Source of the DNA: Deltaproteobacteria bacterium
GTDB lineage: Bacteria > Myxococcota_A > UBA796 > SXON01
Direction of reading: 5' to 3'
NCBI GenBank assembly: GCA_947484175.1
Contig: CANKOI010000004.1
Location: 3,407-67,406 of the forward strand
DNA: 64,000 nt
Part shown: positions 21,192 through 30,943 of the stretch, piece by piece
How positions within the stretch are numbered: the first letter of the stretch is position 1
Layout of the letters: each line of letters begins with the position of its first letter
Notes under the pieces: generated by a model
What the model was told of the DNA's origin: nothing
Database searches by the model: none
Seen by the model: only the letters and a program-made list of their open reading frames with translations
Program-made: the position numbers and the translations under genes

Positions 21192-23186
21192 ATGGAGCTG
21201 CGGGAGTTCGCTGAGCAGGTGTTGCACGGGGGCACGCTCGGGGAGAAGCTTGTCGCGCCGGGAACGCTGTTCGATGACGCCCGCGGGGCCGCGGCGCCGC
21301 TGCGCGAGCCCTCCCGGCCTCCCGCCCTGCGGTTCTCCACCGGCGACCGCGATCCTCTCCCCGCGCCGGCGGCCGTCGCCGATCCGCACGCGGCCGGTCG
21401 GCTCCTGCACCGGTTCGCCAACCACGAGCTCTTGGCCTTGGAGATCATGGCCAGCACGCTCCTGCGCTTCCCCGACGCGCCGGCCGGATTCCGCTTGGGC
21501 CTCGGCCGCACGATGATCGAGGAGCAGCGGCATCTCGCGGCCTACTTGCGGCGCATGGGGGAGTTGGGGGTGGAGCTCGGCGAAGTGCCGGTGAACGACT
21601 TCTTTTGGCGCGCCACGGCTTCGAACGCAGGCCCGATGGACTACGTCCTCCGCGTGGCGCTCACGTTTGAGCAGGCCAACTTGGACTTCACGCGCACCTG
21701 GGGCGGGCACTTCGCCGCCGTGGGCGACGACGCCACCGCCGCGCTCCTCGACGAGGTGTACGCCGACGAGATCGGCCATGTGCGGGGGGGGCTCGCCCTG
21801 TTCCGCCGCTGGAAAGACCCGGCGCTCGGCGAGTGGGAGGCCTTCGAGCGCGGCCTCGAGATGCCGCTCAGCCCCGCGCGCGCTCGGGGGCAGGAGGTGG
21901 ACCGGGCGGGACGCCTCGCGGCCGGCTTCACACTCGAGTGGATCGACCGCATCGAGTTGTTCACGCGCTCCCGCGGGCGCCCGCCGCGGGTTTTTCTGTT
22001 CAACCCCGACTCGGAGGCCGAGGCCGCTCGCGGCCGGCCGGGGCATCGCCCCGACCCGGCGACTGCGCTCCTCGCCGACGACCTGGCCCCGACGATGGCG
22101 CTGCTGGCGGCCCGCGAGGACGTCGTGATCACCCCCGTGATGCCCTCGCCCGCGTGGCAACGCAGCCTCGCGGCGGCCGGCTTCGCGCTGCCGGAGTTCG
22201 TGCGCGACGTAGGCGCGCTCGCCGACCGGCAGGTCGGCGAGCTCCGCCCCTGGGCCCCCACCCCCGACGCCGCGGCGCGGCTCGCTCCGCTCGCGGGCGC
22301 CGCCTCGCTCTGGACGCCCCCGCGGCGCGCCGCCAGCAGCAAGCTGGTGGCGCTCGCGTGGCGCGCGGAGCTGCTCGGCCAGCTCGGCGACGCCGAGCTG
22401 GCGCCGCCCGAGGGCGAAGCCTGCGCAACGCTGGCTGCCTCAGAGGCCTGCGCCGGCCGTGGCTGGCTCCTGAAGGCTCCGTTCTCCACGGCGGGCCGCG
22501 CTCGCCGCCGCGGCCCCCTCGACGACGCCGGCCGCGCCTGGGCTGCCCGCGTGCTCCGCGAGCAGGGAGGCCTGCGGGCCGAGCCTTGGCGCGAGCGGGT
22601 GCTCGACTTCTCCTTTCACTTCGACGTCCTCCCCGGCGGAACGGCCCGCTTCGCTGGTCTGTGCCGGTTCTTCACCACGGCGGCCGGTCAGTTCACCGGC
22701 ACGAGGCCGGGGCGGTGGTTCGGAGACCTCGACTCGAGTCTGGCCAGGTTTCTCTCGCAAGACGGGCGCGCGCCGCGCCGCCTTCGTGAGTTGGGCGAGA
22801 GGGTGGCTGCGTTTCTTGCGCCCCGTCTGACCGCGCTCGATGTGCTTGGGCCGGTGGGGGTGGACGCCTTCGTGTACCGCGACGAGGGCGGATTCCGCCT
22901 CGACCCGCTGGTGGAGGTGAACCCGCGTGCCACGATGGGCCGAGTGTCGCTGGCCTTCGATCCGCGCATCCACCCGCTCACTCGGGCGCGGTGGGAGCTG
23001 CTGCCCGTGAAGAAGCTGGGCGCTTCGGCGGCGGAGTGGTTCGCGGCGCGGTCCGCGGAGGCGCCGCTGGAGCTGGAGCGCGGCCTCTTGCGGCGAGGAG
23101 TGCTCGCCACCAATGACCCCGGCACGGCCCGCGCGGTGCTGGGCGTGCTCACCCTCGAAGCGGAGCCGGCCCATGCCTCGAGCTGA
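21192..23186 (+). CDS. Ferritin-like (DUF455) domain fused to ATP-grasp-like domain
   Basis: HRFANHELLALE, EEQRH, FEQANLD, DEIGHV diiron motifs; C-terminal LLKAPFSTAGR, EPW, GPVGVDAF, VEVNPRATMG. Confidence 0.8.
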   Translation: MELREFAEQVLHGGTLGEKLVAPGTLFDDARGAAAPLREPSRPPALRFSTGDRDPLPAPAAVADPHAAGRLLHRFANHELLALEIMASTLLRFPDAPAGFRLGLGRTMIEEQRHLAAYLRRMGELGVELGEVPVNDFFWRATASNAGPMDYVLRVALTFEQANLDFTRTWGGHFAAVGDDATAALLDEVYADEIGHVRGGLALFRRWKDPALGEWEAFERGLEMPLSPARARGQEVDRAGRLAAGFTLEWIDRIELFTRSRGRPPRVFLFNPDSEAEAARGRPGHRPDPATALLADDLAPTMALLAAREDVVITPVMPSPAWQRSLAAAGFALPEFVRDVGALADRQVGELRPWAPTPDAAARLAPLAGAASLWTPPRRAASSKLVALAWRAELLGQLGDAELAPPEGEACATLAASEACAGRGWLLKAPFSTAGRARRRGPLDDAGRAWAARVLREQGGLRAEPWRERVLDFSFHFDVLPGGTARFAGLCRFFTTAAGQFTGTRPGRWFGDLDSSLARFLSQDGRAPRRLRELGERVAAFLAPRLTALDVLGPVGVDAFVYRDEGGFRLDPLVEVNPRATMGRVSLAFDPRIHPLTRARWELLPVKKLGASAAEWFAARSAEAPLELERGLLRRGVLATNDPGTARAVLGVLTLEAEPAHASS

Positions 23187-23649
23187 AGAGTTGCTGACGA
23201 TTCTGACGTCGAGCGGGCGCCCGTTTCGGGTGCTGGAGCACGTGGAGGCGCGTACCGCTGTGGAGGCGGCGGAGGCACGCGGCACGCCCTTGGCGCACGG
23301 CGCCAAGTCGCTGCTCCTTCGCGCCGAGCGGGTGGGGAACGTGGTGATCGTGGTCGGGAGCGACCGGCGCATCGAGGGGCGGCTCTTGCGCCGGGCGCTG
23401 CGCATCCAGCGGTACCGCTTCCTCTCTGCCGAGGAGCTCTACGAGGTGGCAGGGCTGCACCACGGAGAGCTGCCCGCGTTCGCCCGGCCGCTCTTCGATG
23501 CGGAGCTGGTGGTGGGCGAAGACTTCCTCGAACGAGGGGAGGTGGTGTTCGCGGCGGCGAGCGCCGCTCGCTCGGTCGGGATGGCGGTAGCGGACTGGCT
23601 GGCGGTGGCGCAGCCGCGGGTGGTGCCCACCTTTACGGTGGCGGGCTGA
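23173..23649 (+). CDS. YbaK/EbsC (aminoacyl-tRNA deacylase) family protein
   Basis: LEHVEART, GAKSLLL, GELPAF; overlaps the upstream stop. Confidence 0.8.
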   Translation: MPRAEELLTILTSSGRPFRVLEHVEARTAVEAAEARGTPLAHGAKSLLLRAERVGNVVIVVGSDRRIEGRLLRRALRIQRYRFLSAEELYEVAGLHHGELPAFARPLFDAELVVGEDFLERGEVVFAAASAARSVGMAVADWLAVAQPRVVPTFTVAG

Positions 23650-23650
23650 A

Positions 23651-23844
23651 CCTGCGTGGCCTCGATAAGGCTCGCCGCGCAGGACGCGGCGCCGGTGGCG
23701 CGCAGGTCCTTGCCAGCCTGCGGAGGCCGGGCTGGGCGCGTGAGGAAAGACAGGGTTGGCGCGGGGTCCTGCCGCAGCCGACCGTCCCTCCGCTCGCCCC
23801 GCAACGGGGCTCGGTCGGGACGGTCGACCGCGTCACCCAGCCCG
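23651..23844. other. Highly structured intergenic region (nested hairpins)
   Basis: CCTGCGTGGC/GCCGCGCAGG; CGGGCTGGG (23728) / CCCAGCCCG (23836); CGACCGTCCC (23779) / GGGACGGTCG (23817); GCCCCG-CAA-CGGGGC. Confidence 0.5.
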
Positions 23845-23949
23845 TCACCGCCCGGTCGAACCGCGGTGCCCAACGAGTAGGGGCCGGGCTGTCAAGAGAC
23901 TCCGCTGGGCTTGCTGCTGCGGCTCGGACGGCGCCGCTACGAGCGAACC

Positions 23950-25734
23950 CTACTGCGGTGCCCGGCTAGGCGGAGCCGGCATGGAGAACGCCAGCGACGG
24001 CGGGAGCTGCGACTGGCTGGGGAGGGTGGGGCCACCGCGCCGGATCCCGGCCGGCCATTCGTAGGGCTCGAGGGCCACCTCGGTGGCTCCCGTCCAGTGG
24101 TCGAGGTTCCAGGCCATCGCGCGGTTGCCCTCCACGGCCGGAGGGCCGAACAGCGTGGTGAAGACGGCCTGGTAGGCGTTGGTGACCACGAAGAGTTTGG
24201 CGGGGAACAGCTCGCGGTTGAGGGTGGCGGTGCGGAGGCCGGCGGTGCGCAGGGCTTCGAGGTCGGCGGCGTCGAAGCGGAAGCCGTCGGTGAGGCGGGC
24301 GCGCTCCAGATCGCGGCAGGCGGCGAGGAAGCTGTTGCTGTCCATGGCGGCGTCCCAGCCCGGGGGGCGCACCCGTTCCACCCAGAGGGCGTGGCCGCCC
24401 AGGAGGGTCTTCTGGTGGTCGAGTTGGTAGAGCAGCGGTGCCTGCGAGACCGCGACGTCGGGCGTGAGCGGCGGCTCGAGCAGGAGCGTTCCGGGAAGCT
24501 CCCGCACGGCTTCGTAGAAGGGCGTCGGCACCGACGCGTTGGAGAACAGGGCGTGGTAGGGCGCACGGAGCAGCTCCAGTTGGAGCGGCACGGAGAGCGC
24601 GAGCACGACGCCCGCTGCGGTGCGCCGACGGCCGGCAAGAACGTGGTCGAGCGCGAGGCTGGCCAGCGTGATCCACACGAAGTTCAGCACCACTACGTGC
24701 CGGTAGGGCCACCAGAAGCGGCGCAACGGGCCGGCGAGCCCGTACAGCCACTCGTAGGGGCCGTGCGGGAGGAGCGGACCGGCCATGAGCGCGGCAAAAC
24801 CGACGCCGACGGCCAAGAGGCCGAGCGTGACCCGATCGCGGCGGTAGTAGAGCGTGACGAGGGCCAGCAGAACGGTGGTGAAGGGCAGGGCGCGCCCCGC
24901 GTGGCGGCCACTCTGGGCGAGGAAGGGCACGGTGGGCCAGCAACTGTCGCCAAAGGCTTCGGGGTGGGGGAACTGGGTGACCTCCGCGGTGCCGGGGATG
25001 GCGCTCCAGTTGAGCAGGAACACGGCGAGCAGTGGAGCGATCAGTGCGAGAAATGCGGGCGCGAACACGGCGAGCGCGCGAAGAACGGGAGCGCTGAAGG
25101 CGGCGCGGCCCCGGAAGGCGAGGAGGATCGCGCCCGCGACCACGGCGAAGAGGCCGTAGTACCAGTACAGCGCGCTGGTGGCGGCGAGGAGCGCAGCGGA
25201 GACCAAGGCGCGACGCACCGAAGGGGCGTCGAGGAGCCGGAGCCAGCTCGCGAGGAAAAAGGCGAGAAAGCCCATGTCGGCCTGCGAGAAGCGCCCGGCA
25301 CCCAGCTCGAAGCCGGCGTAGACCGACATCGCAGCGGTGGGGGCCGCCGCGAGCGCCGCGGCGGGCGAGGCGCCCGCGGCCCGCGCCAGCGACCACGCGC
25401 CCAGCCCGTTGAGCGTGAGGATCGTGAGGGTGTGCGCCGTGCTGGCCATCGGCCAGCCCAAAAGTACGTGCCAAGGGAGGTACAAAAAGCCGTCGCTGCC
25501 GTTGCCCGCCAGCCAGGGCGCATCGCCGATCGGCCAGTAGTACCGATCGTTGTGAACGAGGCTTTGCCCGTGGAGCACCTGCTCGGCCACCCACGTGAGG
25601 AGCCAGTGATTGCCGAGGCAGTCCGGGTGCACCCAGCCGCACACGATGGTGTCGCCGGGGGAGAGCACCACGGGCGCGATCACGAGCGCGGCGCCCACGA
25701 GCGAGAGGGCGAAGGCGGCGAAGGACCAGCGCAC
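23950..25734 (-). CDS. Polytopic membrane protein, GT-C/YfhO-like
   Basis: About 11 hydrophobic segments, DCLGNHW, RFWWPYR, C-terminal soluble domain YQLDHQKTLLGG; GTG at 25734. Confidence 0.65.
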   Translation of the reverse strand: MRWSFAAFALSLVGAALVIAPVVLSPGDTIVCGWVHPDCLGNHWLLTWVAEQVLHGQSLVHNDRYYWPIGDAPWLAGNGSDGFLYLPWHVLLGWPMASTAHTLTILTLNGLGAWSLARAAGASPAAALAAAPTAAMSVYAGFELGAGRFSQADMGFLAFFLASWLRLLDAPSVRRALVSAALLAATSALYWYYGLFAVVAGAILLAFRGRAAFSAPVLRALAVFAPAFLALIAPLLAVFLLNWSAIPGTAEVTQFPHPEAFGDSCWPTVPFLAQSGRHAGRALPFTTVLLALVTLYYRRDRVTLGLLAVGVGFAALMAGPLLPHGPYEWLYGLAGPLRRFWWPYRHVVVLNFVWITLASLALDHVLAGRRRTAAGVVLALSVPLQLELLRAPYHALFSNASVPTPFYEAVRELPGTLLLEPPLTPDVAVSQAPLLYQLDHQKTLLGGHALWVERVRPPGWDAAMDSNSFLAACRDLERARLTDGFRFDAADLEALRTAGLRTATLNRELFPAKLFVVTNAYQAVFTTLFGPPAVEGNRAMAWNLDHWTGATEVALEPYEWPAGIRRGGPTLPSQSQLPPSLAFSMPAPPSRAPQ

Positions 25735-25742
25735 CGGGGAGC

Positions 25743-27122
25743 CTATACCGGCGGCTCCCCCGTGAGCGCCGCCACGAATCGACTGCCCAGCTCCTTGTAG
25801 CCCTCGGCGCTGAAGTGGATGAGGTCGCCCGCCGCGAGCTTCGGTTCGGCGTTGAAGTACCACTGAAGCATCGAGCCTTCGCCTCCGGAGGCGGCTTGCA
25901 GGTCCCAGGTGGCGCAGCCGAAGGCCGGTCCCACCTCGCGCTGTACGCGAGCGACCCAGGCGGTGGGCGCCCAGATCGCGTAACGGTTGCGCTTCACCTT
26001 CTTGCCGCGGTCGCTCGGACCCACGAGTACGCAGGCCGCATCGGGCAACAGCGAGCGCATCCGTTCGAGGGTCAGCCGGAGGGAGGTGGCATATTTTTCG
26101 GGGTCGAGGGATTTTTCGTTCGCTTCGTTCGTGCCGTAGGCCAGCACCACGAGGTCGGGCCGGCGGCGCTCGAGGTAGGGGCGCATCAGGGACGCGTCCC
26201 AGCTCTGCCAGCTCGATGCGGTGCGGCCCGACACCCCCTGCGCGTCCACAACCACCCCCGGCTCGTCACGCTCCAGCCACGTTCCGTAGATGCGCACCGG
26301 GCCCTCGGCGCTGACCGTGAGGCGGTGCGGGCCGTCCTCGACCTTGAGCACCGCCAAGGCCGGGCCGGTCTGGCTGGCCTCGCCGGCCGCGGACACCTCG
26401 ACGGGATCGGTGTCGTCGACCTGAAGGCGGAGCACGCCGGCACCGGGCTCCCGGAGGTAAGCCACCTCAAAGCGGCTCACGCTGCGGCCTTGCGGATTGG
26501 TTTTCGTGGTCTGCACCCACCCCACCGCCCCCTCCGTGGGAGACAGGTCGAAGCCCGCGGGGCCGTACCGCCCGTCGCTGCGCCCGCCGCGCCGATCGAT
26601 GTAGTCGCCCATCCAGGTGCCATTGGCGCAGAGGTTTACGTCGCTGGCGCGGTAGCCCTTCCATGGTGGGCCGGGCATCACGAAGCCGTGCCCGCCATCG
26701 CCCCAGCGCTCTTGGAGGAGGCGGCGCACTTGGCCGGTGAAGAACTCGCCCGCCACATGCGAGGCCCCCCAGAAGGAGATGCGTGTGGTCGTGCGGCGCG
26801 CCGCGGCGTGCATGAACACTTCGCGGACGCGGGCGATGTCGGCGTCGTTGCCGCGTAGCGGTTCCAGCGGGAGCGCGGCGAGGTCGACAGGTGGCCCGAG
26901 CGTGGACATGTCCACCTCCGGCATCGGCTCGGTCACGGGCGTTTCTGGCTTGGCGGAGGTGGAGGTGCTCGGGGGGGTGTCGTCGGGAACGGGGTCGCGC
27001 GGGGCGACCACCTTCGCCCGGCCTTCGCACTCGTCGGTGGGCGGTCCGCCGGTGCTCGGGATGGTGAAGGTCTGCACCCAAGCGGGTTCAGCGGCGAGGG
27101 CGGCGGCGACGAGGAGCATCAT
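25743..27122 (-). CDS. SGNH/GDSL hydrolase (PatB/Ape-like)
   Basis: Blocks GASH, GVSG, YGTNE, DLIH; signal peptide. Confidence 0.85.
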   Translation of the reverse strand: MMLLVAAALAAEPAWVQTFTIPSTGGPPTDECEGRAKVVAPRDPVPDDTPPSTSTSAKPETPVTEPMPEVDMSTLGPPVDLAALPLEPLRGNDADIARVREVFMHAAARRTTTRISFWGASHVAGEFFTGQVRRLLQERWGDGGHGFVMPGPPWKGYRASDVNLCANGTWMGDYIDRRGGRSDGRYGPAGFDLSPTEGAVGWVQTTKTNPQGRSVSRFEVAYLREPGAGVLRLQVDDTDPVEVSAAGEASQTGPALAVLKVEDGPHRLTVSAEGPVRIYGTWLERDEPGVVVDAQGVSGRTASSWQSWDASLMRPYLERRRPDLVVLAYGTNEANEKSLDPEKYATSLRLTLERMRSLLPDAACVLVGPSDRGKKVKRNRYAIWAPTAWVARVQREVGPAFGCATWDLQAASGGEGSMLQWYFNAEPKLAAGDLIHFSAEGYKELGSRFVAALTGEPPV

Positions 27123-28696
27123 GGGGGGGGCTCCGACGGCGGGACAGTCGCCGGTGCGGGTTCGGCGGGTAGCACCGGCGCACTCCGGTCGGGGCCACCG
27201 TTGGCCACCCAGTCATCGAAGCCGAGCTCGATCGCGTCGGCGAGGGTTTGGCCGATGAGGTCTTGGCCGGCGGTGCTCAGGTGCAAGAGGTCGGTCCAGG
27301 CGAGGGGGGGCTTGCGGCGTGTCCACGCTACGATCGAGCCCTCGCCTCCCATGGCGGCGTAGCCGCTCCAGAAGGCGCAGCCCTCCGCCTCCGCTACCCG
27401 CGAGAGCGACGTGACCAGCCGCTTGAGCGAAGGTTTGGTGCCTGGCGAGCCGCCCTCGCGGGTGCCCTGGTCGAGCGGGGTGACGACGAGGCAGCCCGCG
27501 GTGGGAGCGCCCTTCCGGAGCCTACGCAGCGTTTCGGCGTAGAGCGGGTCGTAGGCGCTTGCGCTTCCGTGTTGGAGCACGGGCAGGCCCAGCTCGTTGC
27601 CGCCCAGCATCAACACCACGAGGTCGGGATTTCGTTGGGCCACCTGCGCTGCGAGGTGGTTCTCGCCGAAGTAGTTGAACGAGCGGTTGCCGACGCCCAC
27701 CACCCCGAGGGCGTCGAGCACCACGCCCGGGCCGGTGGTCTCCATCACCACGCCGTAGAAGGGGACCGGTCCGCCGCGGGCGCCGATGGTGAGCCGATCG
27801 TAGCCGGTAGGGACCTCGAGAATGGCGCGGTGGTCCGTGCGCCCGGCGCCGGCGGCGCTGCCCCCGCGCTCGTTCCCGCCGCCCGTAGACATCCACCACG
27901 CGCCGGCGCCTTCGTGGGCCTGGTACCACAGCTCGGCGTGGTGGAGCGGCCGCGCGGCGCCTCCGGGCCCGAGGGGCGCTCGCAGGGAGAGGCTGCCGCC
28001 GTCGGGCGAGGCGCTCACCACCCCGCCGAACCCGTAGAGGCCGCGGGCGCCGCCGAGGAGGAGCGACTGGGTGTCCCATTCGCCCTTCCGGTGGGGCTTG
28101 AGGTCGGGGCGGGCGCTCCACTGGGGGTCGAGGCCGGCCACCACGAAGCCCGGCCCACCGTAGCCGAAGCGGGCCTGAAGGCGGGCGCGCACCGTGCCGG
28201 TGATGCCGTCGGCGGCGATGGTGGAATCGCCCCACCAGGAGGCGCGCGCGAGGCCGGTGCCGCGGTGGAGCGCGCGGTAGAAGGGCGCCATGCCCTGATC
28301 GTCGGGGTCGTCGAGAGGGGTGGGGACGGCGGGCGCACGGACCGGAAGGCGGGCCGCGGCCGGCTGGGTGGGGGCGGCGCTCGGGGCCCCCCCGGGGCCG
28401 GGGACCGCGACCTCAAGCACGGCCGCGGGCTCGGGGAGTGAGGCGGCGACGGGCTCCTCGACGGCGGCCACCACGAGGCCCGTGCGTTCGTCCTCGACCA
28501 CGCGAGGGCCGGCGCGCGGCTGAAGGGTCCGCGCCAGCGGCAGGGGTTCGCCGGGGGCCCAGGGTGCGGCGTCGGCGATGGGCTTTGTCCACGCCGGCGC
28601 GGTCGACACCTTCACCCCGATCGCGCCGAGCGCGAACAGGCCCGCCGTGCCGAAGGCGGCGAGGAGGTGGCGGAGGCCGGGGAGGTCAGAACGCAT
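27119..28696 (-). CDS. SGNH/GDSL hydrolase (PatB/Ape-like), membrane anchored
   Basis: GDST, GVVG, GGNE, DLLH blocks; ATG at 28696 overlaps the MBOAT end. Confidence 0.85.
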   Translation of the reverse strand: MRSDLPGLRHLLAAFGTAGLFALGAIGVKVSTAPAWTKPIADAAPWAPGEPLPLARTLQPRAGPRVVEDERTGLVVAAVEEPVAASLPEPAAVLEVAVPGPGGAPSAAPTQPAAARLPVRAPAVPTPLDDPDDQGMAPFYRALHRGTGLARASWWGDSTIAADGITGTVRARLQARFGYGGPGFVVAGLDPQWSARPDLKPHRKGEWDTQSLLLGGARGLYGFGGVVSASPDGGSLSLRAPLGPGGAARPLHHAELWYQAHEGAGAWWMSTGGGNERGGSAAGAGRTDHRAILEVPTGYDRLTIGARGGPVPFYGVVMETTGPGVVLDALGVVGVGNRSFNYFGENHLAAQVAQRNPDLVVLMLGGNELGLPVLQHGSASAYDPLYAETLRRLRKGAPTAGCLVVTPLDQGTREGGSPGTKPSLKRLVTSLSRVAEAEGCAFWSGYAAMGGEGSIVAWTRRKPPLAWTDLLHLSTAGQDLIGQTLADAIELGFDDWVANGGPDRSAPVLPAEPAPATVPPSEPPP

Positions 28697-30089
28697 AGTA
28701 GATGAACGCGAGGCTGTCGCCGACGCCGAAGCGCACGCAGAGGAGCCCGACGGCGGCGAGGAAGACGCCCCAAATCGGGGACGGCAGGGCCACGAAGCGG
28801 TCACGCACGCGCGCGGCCCAGCTTCGGGGGGTGAAGTGCACCGCGTAGCCGACGACGAGGACGATCCACGCGTGCAGCGACCACCTCGGGAGCGAAACGC
28901 TCTCCCAGCGCTCGGTGAGCGCCACGGCCACGGTTGCGGCGTGGTCGAGGTCTTCGGCCCGGAAGAGGATGCGGGCGAGCACGACGAACTGCAGGGTGAG
29001 GAACCAACGCCAGCCGAGCGCGGGGAGGCCCACCGGAGCGCGCCAGGCGGGTCGTTTTCGCCACCATCGGTTGAGCGACACGGCGAGGCCGTGGAGGATT
29101 CCGTACACCACGAAGGTCCAGTTTGCGCCGTGCCACACGCCGAGGATCAGGAGCGTGAGCAGGGTGTTGCGGTAGGGCGCAAACCCGCTGCCACGGCTGC
29201 CGCCGAGGGGGTAGTACACGTAGTCGCGCACCCAGTTTGAGAGCGTCTGGTGCCAGCGCCGCCAATAGTCGCCCACCGAGGTGGCTTGGTAGGGGCGGTC
29301 GAAGTTCTCGGGAATCTGGAACCCGAGCAGGCGCGAGCTGCCCACGGCGAAGTCGGTGTAGCCGGAGAAGTCGGCGTACATCTGGAGGGAGTAGGCGTAG
29401 AGGGCGGTGAGCACCTCGATGCCGGTGAACGCCGTGGGGTCGGTGAACACACTCTCGACCACGCCTTGCACCAGCACGTCGGCCACGAGGAGCTTTTTGG
29501 CGAGGCCCACTCCCAATCGCCAGAGGGCGTGCCCCACGTCTTCGCGGGTGAGTGTGCGGTCGCGGGAGAGCTGGTCGAGCAGGGTGTGGGAGCGCAGGAT
29601 CGGGCCGGCCACGAGGTGCGGGAAGAAACAGAGGAAGGTGGCGTACCGCACGGCGTTTCGTTCGGGCGCTTGGCCACGATGCACGTCGATCAGGTAGGCC
29701 AGCGCCTGAAAGCTGTAGAAGCTGATGCCGATGGGGAGATGGCCCTTGGGCTTCACCCACGGGGTGAACGCCGGCACCACCGCCGCCACGTTTTCGCCCA
29801 GGAAGTGGGCGTACTTGTAGAAGATCAGCGGCCCCAGCATCAACACGGCGGCGGCCCAGAGCGCGGGCACCCGACCCCCCGGCTTCAGGCGGCCGAGGAG
29901 GTGGGACACGCCGAAGCCCACGGCCCCCACCCACACGAGGATCAGGGCGTCGACCGGGTTCCACGCGAGGTAGAAACACGCGCTCGCCACGAGGAGCAGC
30001 GTGGCCCGCGCCCCCTTGCCGCCAAGCAGCCAGTGGGCGAGCGCCACTACCGGCAGGAACACGAAGTAGTCGAAGGTGGAGAACAGCAT
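28686..30089 (-). CDS. MBOAT O-acyltransferase (PatA/AlgI/DltB family)
   Basis: LPIGISFYSFQ, FFPHLVAGPI, DFSGYTD, NFDRPY, YWRRWHQTLS, GVWHGANW. Confidence 0.95.
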   Translation of the reverse strand: MLFSTFDYFVFLPVVALAHWLLGGKGARATLLLVASACFYLAWNPVDALILVWVGAVGFGVSHLLGRLKPGGRVPALWAAAVLMLGPLIFYKYAHFLGENVAAVVPAFTPWVKPKGHLPIGISFYSFQALAYLIDVHRGQAPERNAVRYATFLCFFPHLVAGPILRSHTLLDQLSRDRTLTREDVGHALWRLGVGLAKKLLVADVLVQGVVESVFTDPTAFTGIEVLTALYAYSLQMYADFSGYTDFAVGSSRLLGFQIPENFDRPYQATSVGDYWRRWHQTLSNWVRDYVYYPLGGSRGSGFAPYRNTLLTLLILGVWHGANWTFVVYGILHGLAVSLNRWWRKRPAWRAPVGLPALGWRWFLTLQFVVLARILFRAEDLDHAATVAVALTERWESVSLPRWSLHAWIVLVVGYAVHFTPRSWAARVRDRFVALPSPIWGVFLAAVGLLCVRFGVGDSLAFIYYAF

Positions 30090-30146
30090 CCGGCCTCAGC
30101 GTCTTTCCCTGCCATGCTTGACGTGTCAAGCGCGATACGGGCGCGT

Positions 30147-30698
30147 GTGCCCTCGCCGATCGCTCACTTCGCTGTTGCGGCGTTGCCGCCGATCTTGGCG
30201 AGTGCGGGGAGCGCGTTGCGGTCGCCGCGCACACTCGCCCTTCTCGCGCTGGCCAGCGTGCTTCCGGACGCGGACCTGCTCCTGGTGATGCTGCTCCCGG
30301 GTGGCATCGCCTGGCACCACGGGCCCACGCACTCTCTGCTCGGCTCGCTGGGGCTGGGCGTGGCGCTGGGACTGGCGGGCGGGCTGCGGGGACGTGCGTT
30401 GCTGGCCGTGGGGTTCGCCGGCGTGACGCACCCGCTCCTCGACGCGCTCGTGGGGGAGCCCGGCGGCTCCGCGGAGTTCGGGGTGCCGCTGTTCTGGCCC
30501 GTGTCGTCGGAGAGGTTCGTGTCGCCGTGGCCGCTCTTTGTTCCCTACCGCATCGACGAGCCGGGATTTCTGCGGAACATGGTGAGCCCGGGCGCGATGG
30601 GGGCGTATGTGCGCGAGGTGGCGGTGGCGGTGGCGGTTTTGGGGGTGGGCGCGGGGGTGCGGCGGGGGTGGCACCGGGCCGCGACTGAGACTCGATGA
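30147..30698 (+). CDS. YdjM-like membrane metal-dependent hydrolase
   Basis: PSPIAH, LPDAD, HHGPTHS, HPLLD, GVPLFWP. Confidence 0.8.
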   Translation: MPSPIAHFAVAALPPILASAGSALRSPRTLALLALASVLPDADLLLVMLLPGGIAWHHGPTHSLLGSLGLGVALGLAGGLRGRALLAVGFAGVTHPLLDALVGEPGGSAEFGVPLFWPVSSERFVSPWPLFVPYRIDEPGFLRNMVSPGAMGAYVREVAVAVAVLGVGAGVRRGWHRAATETR

Positions 30699-30907
30699 CC
30701 CATCCCCCCTCCAGTGCGACAGCCCGGGCACCCATCCCCTCTCCAGTGCGACATCGAGGGCGCTGCCGGCCGATCGTCACTGTCCACACATCGAAATAGC
30801 CTGCCTTCGTCCGTGTTGAGCCGATGGCGGCGCCTCGCGACGGCCGCCCACTGTCGCATGCGAAGGGGGATGGGTCGGGGAGGTGTCGCATTCGGAGGGG
30901 GATGGGT
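30698..30907. repeat. Symmetric element: two direct plus two inverted 23-bp units (CCCATCCCC-n8-GCGACA)
   Basis: Copies at 30699-30721 and 30731-30753 (+), 30852-30874 and 30884-30906 (-); 32-bp period at both ends. Confidence 0.8.
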
Positions 30908-30943
30908 TTTGGATCGGAGCGGCGGTCGCGTTAGTTCCTGACC

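Noticed and set aside
23735-23760. RNase P RNA (GAGGAAAG motif)
   Set aside because: Continues GACAGGG rather than GTCC-GG, and no matching 3' conserved segment was found.
30698-30907. CRISPR mini-array
   Set aside because: Only 9-bp spacers, half the copies are inverted, and there are no cas genes.
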